This document shows, piece by piece, positions 1-10,529 of a DNA stretch of 64,000 bases. Each line of letters opens with the position of its first letter. The first letter of the stretch is position 1. A model generated the notes under the pieces. It was not told the origin of the DNA and searched no databases. It saw only the letters and a program-made list of their open reading frames with translations. Origin of the DNA: Candidatus Harrisonbacteria bacterium (GTDB lineage: Bacteria; Patescibacteriota; Minisyncoccia; UBA6257; 02-FULL-45-10c); the NCBI GenBank assembly GCA_016214655.1, contig JACROC010000005.1:67078-131077 (forward strand), written 5' to 3'. The position numbers and the translations under genes were made by a program.

Positions 1-306
1 GCTTTTTCGTTCAGATAAAAACTGTATTGATCGGTACAGTAGGATACGCCCCGGGCAAGGATCTGCTCAACGCATTTTTCCATATCCAGCTCCTTATAAT
101 ACTCCGTTTCAATTAAATTCAATATTTCAAAAAAGGTTATTTTAGCTCCGGCCTTGCTTTGAGTATTGCGAAAAAGCTCATTTAAAGATGTCGGTGCGGA
201 TTTTTGCTGATTTTGTTCAGGATACAAAGGCGCTTCCGGATCATTAGAAAAACCGTTATTCGTAAATACAAACAGAATTAAGATTGCACAAACCAGTCTT
301 CGCATT
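1..306 (-). CDS. hypothetical secreted protein (N-terminal part only, runs off the window start)
   Basis: ATG at 304-306 preceded by AAGGAGG SD on the minus strand. Open frame continues to position 1. N-terminus MRRLVCAILILFVF is signal-peptide-like. Not in the ORF track because it is truncated by the window edge. Confidence 0.4.
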
Positions 307-416
307 CATCCTCCTTATTCAATTTTCAATTTGCTTATATTAAACAGGAAACTAAGAAAAAAAGCAAACAGAATACCCGGAACAAAAGACGATTTTGGGT
401 ATTTCTAAAGTAATAC

Positions 417-1082
417 CTAAAAAGTCGCAAAGGGGCCGGCTATTAAGTAATAAAACCAATTAATAATTGGCGCTATCAGCTGAAAGTCAAAGAAAATAAA
501 GACCAATAAAATCCACAGGCCGTACTCTTCTAAAAATCGCTGTACATTATAATATTTTGGAGGTAAAAGAGCAAATAATATTTTAGAGCCGTCCAGCGGC
601 GGAATTGGCACCAGATTAAAAATAGCCAGCAGGATATTAATTAAAATAATCACATTAAAAAGCATGATTAAAGAAAGGTTTAAGCTGACTTGTTTATCAA
701 AAGCAATCGCTTCTAGGGTTAATAGCGGAGCAATCAGCCGAATCAAAATTCCGAAAACAACCGCCAGCAGAATATTGGCTAGCGGCCCGGCTGCACCGAT
801 AATTGCCGACCCCATTTTTGGATTTTTTAGGTTGCCGGGATTATAAGGAACTGGTTTTGCCCAGCCAAACAAAATTGGGCTTCGCGTCAATATTAAAAAT
901 AGTGGCAAAAATACCGATCCAATCGGATCCAAATGTTTTAAGGGATTTAAATTCAAGCGGTCCATTTCCTTGGCCGTCTCATCCCCCAAACGATAAGCTA
1001 CCGCGCCATGCGAAACCTCATGAACCATCACGGAAAAAATAAGGACGATTAGCTGAAATATTAATAAGACGATCTCATCCAT
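417..1082 (-). CDS. site-2 protease family (peptidase M50-like) membrane metalloprotease
   Basis: HEVSHG HExxH motif near the N-terminus within a polytopic membrane protein. LDGS-like motif later in the sequence (PLDGSKI). Confidence 0.7.
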   Translation of the reverse strand: MDEIVLLIFQLIVLIFSVMVHEVSHGAVAYRLGDETAKEMDRLNLNPLKHLDPIGSVFLPLFLILTRSPILFGWAKPVPYNPGNLKNPKMGSAIIGAAGPLANILLAVVFGILIRLIAPLLTLEAIAFDKQVSLNLSLIMLFNVIILINILLAIFNLVPIPPLDGSKILFALLPPKYYNVQRFLEEYGLWILLVFIFFDFQLIAPIINWFYYLIAGPFATF

Positions 1083-2053
1083 GGTTTTTGTTCTTTTTGT
1101 ATTTTATAAAGTTCCGGGTCAATTGTTCTGATAAAACAAGTTTTGCCGAGGTCGTGGCTCCAGTTTTGCCGGTACGGCCCTTCATAGTACGGCTGAACTG
1201 GTGTTGCTTTGGGGCTTCCAACTAAGCCTTCCGAAGGTAAATTAAAAACCGCGCACAACTCAAAAGAAAGGGGGCTAGCTACCTTATATTCATAAGGCAA
1301 ATTATTTTCCGGATCTTGCGGCGGCATAAATCCGGTAATGTCGTTTTTAAGTTCAACTAACTGAGCTGGAAGCTGGCCCTTCTGAATCCAATAGTTGATA
1401 ATTTCATTTTGTAAAATCTGCAGATCATTGATTCGCCTCTCATCAAACTGGTAAAGCCTGGCCTTAAAAGGAGATCCGGCAGTGAAAAAACCGCCGGCTA
1501 CGCTGATTAAAATTATTAATGCAACTGACCAAGCTAATAAGCGCAGATTTTTTTGAGCCAGCTTATTTCGCAAATCTAAAAGATAATATTCGAAGATAGT
1601 TCCCGCCACCAGAAGAATTACCAATATTTTCAGGAGGAAACGGCCGGTTAAATCTCCGCCCAAAAAATTGTAAACCAGCGTTACTAAATCGGTGATAATA
1701 ACTATGGCCGTCAGAAAAAGCGTGAAGTAAACCAGCCACTTTCTTATTTTTAATTCACGTTTCTCCGGGTTTTTGGAATAATCTTTATATAAAAGCCAGG
1801 AAACTAATAAATAAACCGGGAAAACGATAATTAATGAGGCCATGGACCAGCGGATCGGCCAGGCGACGGACGAATAATAAATCGGAAAAAGCGGATCCGG
1901 AAAAAGAATATTAATATATTGGAACAAAAGAGCTATCAAGCTCCCAGCGCTGATATAAAGAGCAATGATGCCAAGAAGATGCAAAAAAACGTCTTTCGGC
2001 AAACTTTTATTATTTTCATTCATAAGAAAGTTATTTATATTATACCACAGCAA
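1061..2053 (-). CDS. hypothetical polytopic membrane protein (DUF5671-like)
   Basis: Multiple hydrophobic helices and a C-terminal soluble domain. No recognisable catalytic motif. Confidence 0.45.
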   Translation of the reverse strand: MLWYNINNFLMNENNKSLPKDVFLHLLGIIALYISAGSLIALLFQYINILFPDPLFPIYYSSVAWPIRWSMASLIIVFPVYLLVSWLLYKDYSKNPEKRELKIRKWLVYFTLFLTAIVIITDLVTLVYNFLGGDLTGRFLLKILVILLVAGTIFEYYLLDLRNKLAQKNLRLLAWSVALIILISVAGGFFTAGSPFKARLYQFDERRINDLQILQNEIINYWIQKGQLPAQLVELKNDITGFMPPQDPENNLPYEYKVASPLSFELCAVFNLPSEGLVGSPKATPVQPYYEGPYRQNWSHDLGKTCFIRTIDPELYKIQKEQKPWMRSSY

Positions 2054-2083
2054 ATGAAAATCCCCCCTAAGGGAGAGTTTGGT

Positions 2084-2560
2084 TCAATCATCTCTGGCTA
2101 TTACTATTGATAAAGCTGCGATTCGCTCTTGCGGGCGTTGCTTTTCCATAAAAGAAATCCTTACTTTGTTGGCGATCTTGCGGCCGTTGGCAAAATTTAT
2201 CTCCACATCCAAAACAAAAATTTCATTCAATTTCTTGATAACCCAGCGGTTGTTTATGAAAAGTGCCAATCCTCGTGGAGAGCCAATGGTCATATTATTC
2301 AACGTCAGCCATTCAGTATAGACTGCGCCTTGGTTAAAAAAATCTATAGTGATAGCCTTGAGGCCCAAGGATTCATTCTGATATTCAATAACCGTCCCTA
2401 TTTTATCTAGCGGGTCTGCGGTTCCAAAGTTTTCCCAAGGGACGAATCTGCCATTGCGATGCGACAAATCATATTTTCCTATTTTTTCCCATCCCTCACC
2501 TTCATATTTATTCTGATCGGAAAAATCCGGCCTCCTTACGGTCCAGTCTAGTCCGGGCAT
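2084..2560 (-). CDS. hypothetical protein
   Basis: 158-aa ORF co-directional with its neighbours. No motif recognised. Confidence 0.35.
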   Translation of the reverse strand: MPGLDWTVRRPDFSDQNKYEGEGWEKIGKYDLSHRNGRFVPWENFGTADPLDKIGTVIEYQNESLGLKAITIDFFNQGAVYTEWLTLNNMTIGSPRGLALFINNRWVIKKLNEIFVLDVEINFANGRKIANKVRISFMEKQRPQERIAALSIVIARDD

Positions 2561-2641
2561 TTTGACCTATTCTATTTAGGTTTAAGATTCTAATTACAGA
2601 ATGCGTCTAGAATTATCAGAAGTCAATGAATTATGCCGCAG

Positions 2642-3613
2642 TTATTTAATCAACTTTTTAAATTCTTCTACCATTGGAACTTGTTCCGCCTCAACTTTAT
2701 ATTCCGTTGCTATATAATAAGCCGTCCAATCGGCAAAAATCAGAGAAGAAAAGATTTTTTGAAATGGCGTTTTTCCGTTTAGAATAATAACTTCTACCGG
2801 AAATCCACGTTCCCTATATAAACGTTCTGTAACATTCATTCGTTTTAAGATTTTAAGATTATCCGAAGAATCTTTAAGGAAAAGAAAAAAGAAATTTTTG
2901 GAAAGATCCCTGGTGGTATCTTGCGTATCAAATCCGGTCATTTCATTATGGTTAAGCTCTGGAAAGTTATTAATAAAGGCGGGAATTTTGCCGGTTTCAT
3001 TAAATTTAATCTTCCAATTGTAGGCAATGGGGAAGTTTTTCTGCGAAGAATAAATCACCGGGACATGCCCTTTTAATTTTTTAGCTAATGCTTTTCCGTC
3101 GCGTTCTTGCTGGTATGGCCTCAATGAATTAGCTAACTCTAAAGTTTCTCTTAACCCGTTCCTATCCCCCATGATTTTCAGGATGGCCTTAATATTCAGA
3201 CCCGTAGCAGAGCGCGGCTGAAGGTTAAAGTTGGGCATATGAATATATGGTTTCTTGTGTTTTCTTGCCAGATCCATGAGTTTACCGCCAGTACTTACAG
3301 CGGCTATTGGTAATTTTTCTTTTACTGCTTTTAAAAATGTGCTGATGGTTTCCTCGGTGTTGCCAGAATAGGAATTAGCAATAATTAAAGTTTCCTTAAG
3401 CTGGTTTTTAGGAATATTCGGCAGATCATAATTCCGATGCTCAATGATTTCTAACCCCGGATTTCTGATTTTCAGAAGCCCCGCAATTAAATTTGAGCCG
3501 CCCATCCCGGCTACGATAAATTTATCGTATTTTCTCAGGCTTTTTTCGTTCTCTATTTTCGGCTCGTATTCAAATTGTTTCGCAAAGTTTTTAATTGCTT
3601 CATACATTGACAT
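2642..3613 (-). CDS. bifunctional phosphoglucose/phosphomannose isomerase (SIS domain)
   Basis: Two SIS-type motifs (VAGMGGSNL, ANSYSGNTEE) and the archaeal-type PGI/PMI C-terminal region. Confidence 0.7.
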   Translation of the reverse strand: MSMYEAIKNFAKQFEYEPKIENEKSLRKYDKFIVAGMGGSNLIAGLLKIRNPGLEIIEHRNYDLPNIPKNQLKETLIIANSYSGNTEETISTFLKAVKEKLPIAAVSTGGKLMDLARKHKKPYIHMPNFNLQPRSATGLNIKAILKIMGDRNGLRETLELANSLRPYQQERDGKALAKKLKGHVPVIYSSQKNFPIAYNWKIKFNETGKIPAFINNFPELNHNEMTGFDTQDTTRDLSKNFFFLFLKDSSDNLKILKRMNVTERLYRERGFPVEVIILNGKTPFQKIFSSLIFADWTAYYIATEYKVEAEQVPMVEEFKKLIK

Positions 3614-3656
3614 ATGGGTATTTTATCTAATTATACCAATTTTGTATAATTTAGTT

Positions 3657-4592
3657 ATGAACTGGCAATTTTTAATCACCCTTCTTGGTTTGGCTACTTT
3701 TGAGGTAATCAGCAGCGTTGATAACGCGATTGTTAATGCTCATGTCCTTAAAACCTTGCCGGAAAAATTCCGGAAGTTTTTCTTGGTCTGGGGATTGCTT
3801 TTTGCGGTATTTTTAATGCGAGGCGTCTTGCCTTTTTTGATTGTTTGGTTGGCTAACCCAAGTCTTTCTCTGGGCCAGGTCTTAGGTTTTGTTTTTTCCA
3901 GCAGTCCGGAAGTGGAAACTTACGTCCAGCAATCAAAAGGCCTTCTGCTTTTGGGCGGCGGCGTTTATTTATTTTTTGTTTTCCTGGCGTGGCTATTTCT
4001 GGAAGAAAAAAAATATGCTTTTTTGGTGGAACACTTTATTCACCGCCAGTCAGTTTGGTTTTATGCGATTTCTTCAATATTTTTTACGTCCATCATTTAT
4101 ATCTCTCTTAAAATCAATCCCCTCCTAGCTTTATCTGCATCTATCGGCTCCACTGCGTTTTTTATTACTGATGGCTTTAAGAAAAACGCGGAAGAAGCGG
4201 AAAAAAAATTAATGCACGGATCCAATTTAAGCGCCTGGAGCAAGATTTTATATCTGGAAGTCTTGGACGCTTCTTTCTCAATTGACGGCGTGATCGGAGC
4301 TTTTGCTTTCACGATTTCCATTCCGCTGATACTTTTAGGCAACGGACTTGGAGCTTTTATTGTCCGAGAACTCACTATCAAGGGCATGGATATAATATCT
4401 AAATTTGCCTACTTAAAAAATGGCGCTATGTATTCTATCGGCATGCTCGGCGGTTTAATGGTTCTGGAAAGTTTTGGACAACACTACCCATTCTGGCTGG
4501 CTCCGCTCAACACCTTTTTGCTTCTCGGAATTTTCCTGTACTTATCTTATGTAGAAATCAAAGAAAAAGAAGCATCCGGCCATAAAATATAA
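3657..4592 (+). CDS. DUF475/TerC-like integral membrane protein
   Basis: Starts MNWQFL. SVDNAIVNA motif typical of DUF475/TerC. Extended -10 TGTATAAT ends about 7 nt before the ATG. The 5' extension of the track ORF (from 3444) overlaps the convergent PGI/PMI gene and is rejected. Confidence 0.6.
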   Translation: MNWQFLITLLGLATFEVISSVDNAIVNAHVLKTLPEKFRKFFLVWGLLFAVFLMRGVLPFLIVWLANPSLSLGQVLGFVFSSSPEVETYVQQSKGLLLLGGGVYLFFVFLAWLFLEEKKYAFLVEHFIHRQSVWFYAISSIFFTSIIYISLKINPLLALSASIGSTAFFITDGFKKNAEEAEKKLMHGSNLSAWSKILYLEVLDASFSIDGVIGAFAFTISIPLILLGNGLGAFIVRELTIKGMDIISKFAYLKNGAMYSIGMLGGLMVLESFGQHYPFWLAPLNTFLLLGIFLYLSYVEIKEKEASGHKI

Positions 4593-4627
4593 AAAGCCCA
4601 CAGATTAAATCTGCGGGCCGCTATAGA

Positions 4628-5233
4628 TTAACTTTCGGAACCAGCCAGAGCTTTCTTCCGGAGACGCTGGAAAATTTCTGCCTGCTCACGCGCGTCATCT
4701 AACGCATTGTGGGTATGCGGAAGCTTGGAAAGAAACTCTTTATCCATTGCTTTTTTAGCAGTTTCCCACCAAAACCGTTTCCGCATTAACCCGGCATAAT
4801 ATGCTTTGATATCCCATCCGGAAATTCCAAACGGATTATGTCCCAAGAAGTGGATAAAATACCAATGGATAAACATCCAGTCATAAGTTGCATTAAAAGC
4901 GATAAATACCGGGCGTCTGTCTGATCCGCAGACTTCTTTCAGCCATTGGTCAAATTCTTTCATGGCAACCGCGGGATCTGCTCCGGATATTTTCAATTTT
5001 TCCCGATCAAGGCCGGATATGCTCGCGGCTCTCTCAAAGTACTTTTCTGAAATTGGCTTTAATTCCCGATAGAAGCCATTTTCCGGAGAACGGATAACGC
5101 AAGCGCCAAAGGATGATATTGAGTAATCGCCGGGAATTGGGCCGTCGGCCTCAACATCAATTGATATAAATAATTCTTTCAAGGTTCTGCCTCCTTTCCA
5201 GATTTTTATCATCTGGATATTATAGGGTATCAA
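4628..5233 (-). CDS. DEDD-type 3'-5' exonuclease (DnaQ-like)
   Basis: SIDVEADGP (exo I) and HNALDDAREQA (exo III, DEDDh) motifs. Confidence 0.65.
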   Translation of the reverse strand: MIPYNIQMIKIWKGGRTLKELFISIDVEADGPIPGDYSISSFGACVIRSPENGFYRELKPISEKYFERAASISGLDREKLKISGADPAVAMKEFDQWLKEVCGSDRRPVFIAFNATYDWMFIHWYFIHFLGHNPFGISGWDIKAYYAGLMRKRFWWETAKKAMDKEFLSKLPHTHNALDDAREQAEIFQRLRKKALAGSES

Positions 5234-5507
5234 AAAATAAGTTGGATGTCAATTTACTGAGCTTAGTACTGAAAAGAGCTAACTTCTCTCCCCTCTTCCA
5301 TCGTTTTATTTCACTCTCTCTTCTGCGGGCTTCTTTTAGTGTCGCAAATGATTCTGAATATTTCAGTTTTACCGGCCGGCGGATTTTTGTGTAATGAGCT
5401 CCTGATTTTGAAGTATTATGCTGCTTTAAGCGCTTTTCTAAGTCTTTAGTGCAACCTACATACAAAGATTTGTCGGCGCATTCTAGTATGTAGGTGAAGT
5501 AAGGCAT
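5220..5507 (-). CDS. GIY-YIG nuclease family protein (UPF0213)
   Basis: YFTYILECADKSLYVGCT...LEKRLKQHN is a canonical GIY-YIG N-terminus. Overlaps the exonuclease gene start, so they form an operon. Confidence 0.75.
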   Translation of the reverse strand: MPYFTYILECADKSLYVGCTKDLEKRLKQHNTSKSGAHYTKIRRPVKLKYSESFATLKEARRRESEIKRWKRGEKLALFSTKLSKLTSNLFFDTL

Positions 5508-5740
5508 TTAATTTTTTAAAATTTGTTAGTTTCAGTAGTTTTCTATGTCTCCGATTATTTCAACGATGAATGCAACCGGCCCAACAACAAGGCCGGCGCT
5601 TTCCTTCTATAAGCTCCGTGCGCGTCCTTTTGATGTGATTTCTTCTTGTTTCCGGTTTTTTAGTGGAAATAATCTAGCAGATCCATTAGCCATATGATAA
5701 TTGTATCAAAACTGCTCGCGAGTAAGTTGTAATTATTAAT

Positions 5741-6211
5741 ATGAACAATTTGTTCTTAAGGATAGTAATTGTGCTCATCGGTATCGTGGCGCTGGCCATC
5801 ATGATCCGGTTTCCCTTGACCGAAGGGAGGGCCGTAAACTTAGACCTGTTTAGTATTTACGCTGATCCATTCATTATATATGGGTACGCAGTATCTATCG
5901 CATTTTTTGTTGCACTGTATCAGGCATTTAAATTACTCGGATACATCGGGCAAAATAAAGTATTCTCACTAAGCTCCGTGAGAGCTTTAAGGACTATAAA
6001 ATATTGCGCAATCATATTAAGTGCCTCAATTGTAATGGCAGTACTGTTCATTATGAAATCTCATAATACAGATGACAATCCAGCGGGCTTTATTGCTATA
6101 GGTATTTTGACTACTTTTATTTCTATCGTAATCGCCACTGCGACAGATGTATTCGAGAAGCTCTTGCAAACTGCTGTAGAGATGAAGCCGGAAAACGATC
6201 TAGCCGTCTAA
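5741..6211 (+). CDS. hypothetical membrane protein (DUF2975-like)
   Basis: Four predicted TM helices. 156 aa. Confidence 0.45.
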   Translation: MNNLFLRIVIVLIGIVALAIMIRFPLTEGRAVNLDLFSIYADPFIIYGYAVSIAFFVALYQAFKLLGYIGQNKVFSLSSVRALRTIKYCAIILSASIVMAVLFIMKSHNTDDNPAGFIAIGILTTFISIVIATATDVFEKLLQTAVEMKPENDLAV

Positions 6212-6242
6212 CTATATGGCTAAAATCACATGAAATCCTTTC

Positions 6243-6332
6243 TGGCGGAGGGTACAGGATTCGAACCTGTGATCCCCTTTCGGAGAAACTTGCTTTCCAA
6301 GCAAGCGCACTAGACCGCTGTGCGAACCCTCC
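6243..6332 (-). tRNA. tRNA-Ser (anticodon GGA)
   Basis: Reverse complement folds as a cloverleaf. Acceptor GGAGGGU/ACCCUCC. D stem GCAC/GUGC. Anticodon stem CUUGC/GCAAG with loop UUGGAAA. Long variable arm. T arm ACAGG-UUCGAAU-CCUGU. Encoded CCA. Confidence 0.85.
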
Positions 6333-6374
6333 AATTGCGCGGAGCGCAATAATTTATAACTTACAACAAAATAA

Positions 6375-6719
6375 CTACGCTTTCAATCCGTGCTGATTTA
6401 TTCTTGCGGCAAAAGCAAATTGATCAAAGTAGGATTGCAAACCGCTTAAAGAGCTTTTATATTCTTTGCCTCCATATATAGCATCCACAAATACTTCCCT
6501 TGCCCGATTAATTTCTCTAAGCCGGCCGCGCCAGCGCGGATCAGCTAAAGTTAAATCAAAAAGTTCTAAAGCGCGCTCGGCCGCTCCTCTAAAAAGCTTT
6601 TCATCTTTTTCTTGCCAGCGCGCCGCCCGGCTGACTTCGCTGCCAATATTGCCCATTTGCTCTTTTAAACTTAACTGCTGCCATCGGCCGGCGGCTAATT
6701 CTTTATGCTGAAAATCCAT
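6375..6719 (-). CDS. hypothetical protein
   Basis: 114-aa ORF with locally higher GC. Stop/start overlap with the next gene. Confidence 0.4.
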   Translation of the reverse strand: MDFQHKELAAGRWQQLSLKEQMGNIGSEVSRAARWQEKDEKLFRGAAERALELFDLTLADPRWRGRLREINRAREVFVDAIYGGKEYKSSLSGLQSYFDQFAFAARINQHGLKA

Positions 6720-7066
6720 CAGGATACTAATTTTTTAATTATCTGCTTTATTTTATCTCTGACTTCATCTTTTTCTACGCCGCGAGAACGATTGCCGTAA
6801 CTGGGTTTTAAATTTACCATGGAATCAAATTCAATAAAGTCATCTCCGGACTTTTCCAGATAAAGATTGATGCCCCAAGTATTTTCTCTTTTAGACCCCT
6901 CGTTTTCCATTAATAAAGACTCCTCATCTGCATGCAATTCTCCGCCAACTGCCATAATCCTCTGCTCCACATCTACCACTGCCTTTATTACATCGCCAAA
7001 TTCCTCTTTTGCCATTTCTAAAAGCTCTGCTTTGGTAATAGAATTTTTTACAATTTTTATTGCCAT
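6719..7066 (-). CDS. hypothetical protein (DUF5674-like)
   Basis: 115-aa acidic protein. Family assignment is from memory only. Confidence 0.4.
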   Translation of the reverse strand: MAIKIVKNSITKAELLEMAKEEFGDVIKAVVDVEQRIMAVGGELHADEESLLMENEGSKRENTWGINLYLEKSGDDFIEFDSMVNLKPSYGNRSRGVEKDEVRDKIKQIIKKLVS

Positions 7067-7080
7067 AGTTAGAGATTAAA

Positions 7081-8037
7081 TTATATTTTTAAACCACGCA
7101 ACGCTTTTAGGCGTTCTTCTACCGGCGGGTGGGTTAGGAATAATCCGTGCAAAAACGGCTTTTGCGGTTTTTGATCAAATGGATCATCAAACCAAAGATG
7201 AGCAGTGGTGTTATTAGCAACCCGGAGTGGGGTTGGATCTTTGGAAATTTTAATGAGCGCATTGGCAAGCGCATCCGGATAGCGAGTGAGCAGTGCCCCA
7301 GAAGCATCGGCCAACAGTTCCCTTTTTCTGGAAATTGCCAGACGCATTAAGGTTGCAGCCAGTGGCGCTAAAAGCGCTAAGACTAGACCAATTATAATTA
7401 AAATCGGATGTATATTATTCCGTTCATCTCGACTTGACCGGTGCCACCATAATGATCTCATAAAAAAATCGGATGCAATTGAAATAAAGCCAACTAAAAC
7501 CACTGCGGCAGTAGAGATTAGCATATCCCGATTCCCTATATGAGAAAGTTCATGGGCAATCACGCCTTCCAATTCAGATCGATCAAGCCGGCTTAAAAGT
7601 CCAGTGGTCACGGCTACGACTGCATGTTCCGGATTCCGTCCGGTCGCAAAAGCATTCGGCGCCGGTTCATTGATAATATAAATTTTCGGCGTCGGCAGAC
7701 CAGCGGTAATCGCCAGATTTTCCACTACATTATAAAGTTCTTTGGCATTTTCTTTGGTGACTGGTTCGGCATGCGACATCCGCAAAACAATTTTATCGGA
7801 AAACCAATAACTGGTGACGCTCATGCCCATGCTGAAAATAACCGCAACATATAAGATAGACGGGTCGCCGTATGCCTGCGAAAATACCCAGCCAACTCCC
7901 ATAACAACGCCGAAAAATAACGTGAAAAGCAGCCAAGTTTTGCGGATATTGGAATCCTTATGAGTGTACAAATTTGATGGCATGTTTGAGTGAATTATGA
8001 ATGATGAATTAGGAATAAAAGAAGAACCAAAAACCAT
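7081..8037 (-). CDS. htpX: zinc metalloprotease HtpX (peptidase M48)
   Basis: HELSHI motif, TM helices and a C-terminal EERLKAL region. The true start may be the internal Met (MPSNLY), 17 codons downstream. Confidence 0.8.
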   Translation of the reverse strand: MVFGSSFIPNSSFIIHSNMPSNLYTHKDSNIRKTWLLFTLFFGVVMGVGWVFSQAYGDPSILYVAVIFSMGMSVTSYWFSDKIVLRMSHAEPVTKENAKELYNVVENLAITAGLPTPKIYIINEPAPNAFATGRNPEHAVVAVTTGLLSRLDRSELEGVIAHELSHIGNRDMLISTAAVVLVGFISIASDFFMRSLWWHRSSRDERNNIHPILIIIGLVLALLAPLAATLMRLAISRKRELLADASGALLTRYPDALANALIKISKDPTPLRVANNTTAHLWFDDPFDQKPQKPFLHGLFLTHPPVEERLKALRGLKI

Positions 8038-8071
8038 TATTCATGATTCTTGATTCATAATTCGTAGAGTC

Positions 8072-8626
8072 CTAGAACTTTACTTTGACCGGAGCTTTTT
8101 CAGAAGTTTCAGCCTCAAAGAATTTTTCTTCAGAAAAACCAAATGGCTTTGCAATAAGATTAGTCGGGAAACTTTGGACTGCGGTATTGAGTGACATAAC
8201 CATAGTATTATAAAAACGGCGGGAGGCTTGGATTTTATTTTCAGTGTCCGCAAGTTCTCGCTGTAAATCTAAGAAATTAGCATTAGCTTTCAGGTCCGGA
8301 TAATTTTCGGAAACCGCAAATAGTGTTTTTAAGGTATTGGAAAGCTGTGTCTCCGCTTGATCACGATCTAAAGGACTGCCACCCATAGACATAACTGCGG
8401 TGCGGGCTTTGGTGACATTTTCTAAAACTGATTTTTCATGCTGCATATATCCTTTGACGGTTTCAATTAAATTGGGAATTAGGTCAAACCGGCGTTTTAA
8501 TTGGACATCAATATCGGAAAGCGCTTCTTTTGCTCGGTTGCGATAACGAACCAATGAATTAAATGTAAAAACTAGCCACAGCACAACGACTCCCAAAACC
8601 CCTAATAAAATATATAAAGTATTCAT
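8072..8626 (-). CDS. lemA: LemA family protein
   Basis: N-terminal TM helix followed by a LemA-like region (RYRNRAKEALSDIDVQLKRRFDLIPNL). Confidence 0.8.
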   Translation of the reverse strand: MNTLYILLGVLGVVVLWLVFTFNSLVRYRNRAKEALSDIDVQLKRRFDLIPNLIETVKGYMQHEKSVLENVTKARTAVMSMGGSPLDRDQAETQLSNTLKTLFAVSENYPDLKANANFLDLQRELADTENKIQASRRFYNTMVMSLNTAVQSFPTNLIAKPFGFSEEKFFEAETSEKAPVKVKF

Positions 8627-8668
8627 GGTAATTATTATACTATATTTTTCTTAAATTAAAAATCCCCG

Positions 8669-9103
8669 TTATGGGGATAGGTCTTTTGGCGGAAACACGC
8701 GAGTTGGTGAATTCATATATCGCCGCCAATCATCTCTTTTCTTACGGAGTTTATTTAAATAATTATCCCAGATTTTCAGATCTTCTTTTGAGCGTACGAC
8801 GACCACAACTCGTTCCGGTTTAATCCATTGATAGATATCTTCAAAAGAGTCATATACATCAATTGTTGTATAGGATGAGGTGCTAGTGATTAATTTCACT
8901 GTAACCGAATCAATATCTACCGAAACATCTTTTAGGCGTTCATCGACTGTAACTTCTTTAAAAAATATTTCACATTTACTGCCGCCAGTCGCATTAACGC
9001 TTTTAAATGGCAGATCCAGATAGGTTGCGGTATCGGAGTTAATGACATACGGATTTGCGGATACATTGCCGATAAAAAGGCTGGCTAAAAGGATTTTCAT
9101 CAC
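8669..9103 (-). CDS. hypothetical secreted protein
   Basis: Signal-peptide-like N-terminus (MMKILLASLFIGNVSA). Hairpin terminator downstream. Confidence 0.4.
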   Translation of the reverse strand: MMKILLASLFIGNVSANPYVINSDTATYLDLPFKSVNATGGSKCEIFFKEVTVDERLKDVSVDIDSVTVKLITSTSSYTTIDVYDSFEDIYQWIKPERVVVVVRSKEDLKIWDNYLNKLRKKRDDWRRYMNSPTRVFPPKDLSP

Positions 9104-9189
9104 TATGCCCTTTATAATATGAGCTGATATTATCTTAGTGCAATTATTTTAAAAGTCAATAAAAATCCCCGGCTTGACCGAGGACAATT

Positions 9190-9678
9190 TTATTTCTTTC
9201 TCCGATATCTTTGATAGCAGTAGTGATATGGCGCATTTTCGCCGCCATATTGCAAAGCGGATTGTTCAATTAATTCAAAAACTGATTCGTCAATCTCCGG
9301 GAAAAATGCGTCGCCTTCAAAATTGTGATTGATTAGTGTCACATAAAGCATACCGGCCTTTAGAAGTGCCTGTTTATAAATTTCGGCTCCGCCAATTACG
9401 TAAAGATCGTCCGGAATGCCCCAATTTAAGATTGCATCTAAAGAGTTAGCCAGCACTATTCCTACAGGACTGACTTTTCCTAGATGCCTGGTTATGACAA
9501 CATTAGTCCTATCCGGAAGAGGCTTCCCGATTGATTCATAAGTCTTACGTCCCATAACCACCCACTTGCCAGTAGTTAATTCTTTAAAACGCTTTAAATC
9601 TTCCGGCAGTTTCCAGGGAAGCTTATTATCTTTACCGATAACCCGATTTCTTCCCATTGCGACAACGATATTAATCAT
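9190..9678 (-). CDS. folA: dihydrofolate reductase
   Basis: [35 protein letters not shown] is a canonical DHFR N-terminus. Start overlaps the thyA stop (ATGA). Confidence 0.85.
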   Translation of the reverse strand: MINIVVAMGRNRVIGKDNKLPWKLPEDLKRFKELTTGKWVVMGRKTYESIGKPLPDRTNVVITRHLGKVSPVGIVLANSLDAILNWGIPDDLYVIGGAEIYKQALLKAGMLYVTLINHNFEGDAFFPEIDESVFELIEQSALQYGGENAPYHYCYQRYRRKK

Positions 9679-10469
9679 ACGGCAATCGGCGCCTTAATGC
9701 CGGGATACGGGTTATATCCAACCAACTCAAAGTCTTCTAATCGATAATCAAAAATTGAGTCAACTTTCCGTTTAATTAGCATCTCCGGAAGCGATCTGGG
9801 TTCTCGGCTAAGCTGGAGATCAGCCTGTTTAAAATGATTTAGATAAATATGCGCATCGCCTAAGACGTGGATAAATTCTCCGGGCTGTAATCCGGTCACC
9901 TCGGCAACCATCATGGTTAACAAAGCATAAGACGCAATATTAAACGGGACGCCGAGAAACATATCGCAGCTCCGCTGATAAAGCAGGCAGGAAAGTTTTC
10001 CGTTAGCAACATAAAATTGGAAAAGACAATGACAGGGCGGCAATTTCATTTTTTCAATATCCGCAACATTCCAAGCGCTTACGATTAATCGGCGGTCGTC
10101 TGGCTTCTGCTTGATACGTTCAATAACAGCAGAAACTTGATCAATATGCCTTCCGTCCGGTGCCGGCCAGGAACGCCACTGGTGTCCATAGACCGGACCC
10201 AGATTACCGTCTTTATCCCCCCACTCATCCCAGATTGTAACCCCATGTTCATGCAGAAATTTTAAGTTGGTATCTCCGCGAAGAAACCATAAAAGTTCAA
10301 CGATAATACTTTTAAGGTGCAATTTCTTGGTAGTCACAATAGGAAATCCTTGAGAGAGATTAAAACGCATTTGCCGGCCGAAAACGCTGATAGTGCCTAC
10401 GCCGGTACGATCGCTTTTTTGAGTGCCGTTTTGCCGGATATCGCGAAGCACATCAAGATATTGCTTCAC
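9675..10469 (-). CDS. thyA: thymidylate synthase (likely GTG start)
   Basis: [11 protein letters not shown] active-site region. A GTG start gives [11 protein letters not shown], a 264-aa protein like canonical ThyA. The track ATG at 10541 lies inside the terminator hairpin and is rejected. Confidence 0.85.
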   Translation of the reverse strand: MKQYLDVLRDIRQNGTQKSDRTGVGTISVFGRQMRFNLSQGFPIVTTKKLHLKSIIVELLWFLRGDTNLKFLHEHGVTIWDEWGDKDGNLGPVYGHQWRSWPAPDGRHIDQVSAVIERIKQKPDDRRLIVSAWNVADIEKMKLPPCHCLFQFYVANGKLSCLLYQRSCDMFLGVPFNIASYALLTMMVAEVTGLQPGEFIHVLGDAHIYLNHFKQADLQLSREPRSLPEMLIKRKVDSIFDYRLEDFELVGYNPYPGIKAPIAV

Positions 10470-10529
10470 TTTTTTATTTATTTTTTTATTGAGCTTTTTA
10501 TATTGTAAGTTGGGAAAATTAAAAAGGCA

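Noticed and set aside
3444-3656. N-terminal extension of the DUF475 ORF
   Set aside because: It overlaps the convergent PGI/PMI gene by about 170 nt. A family-typical start (MNWQFL) with an adjacent -10 box exists at 3657.
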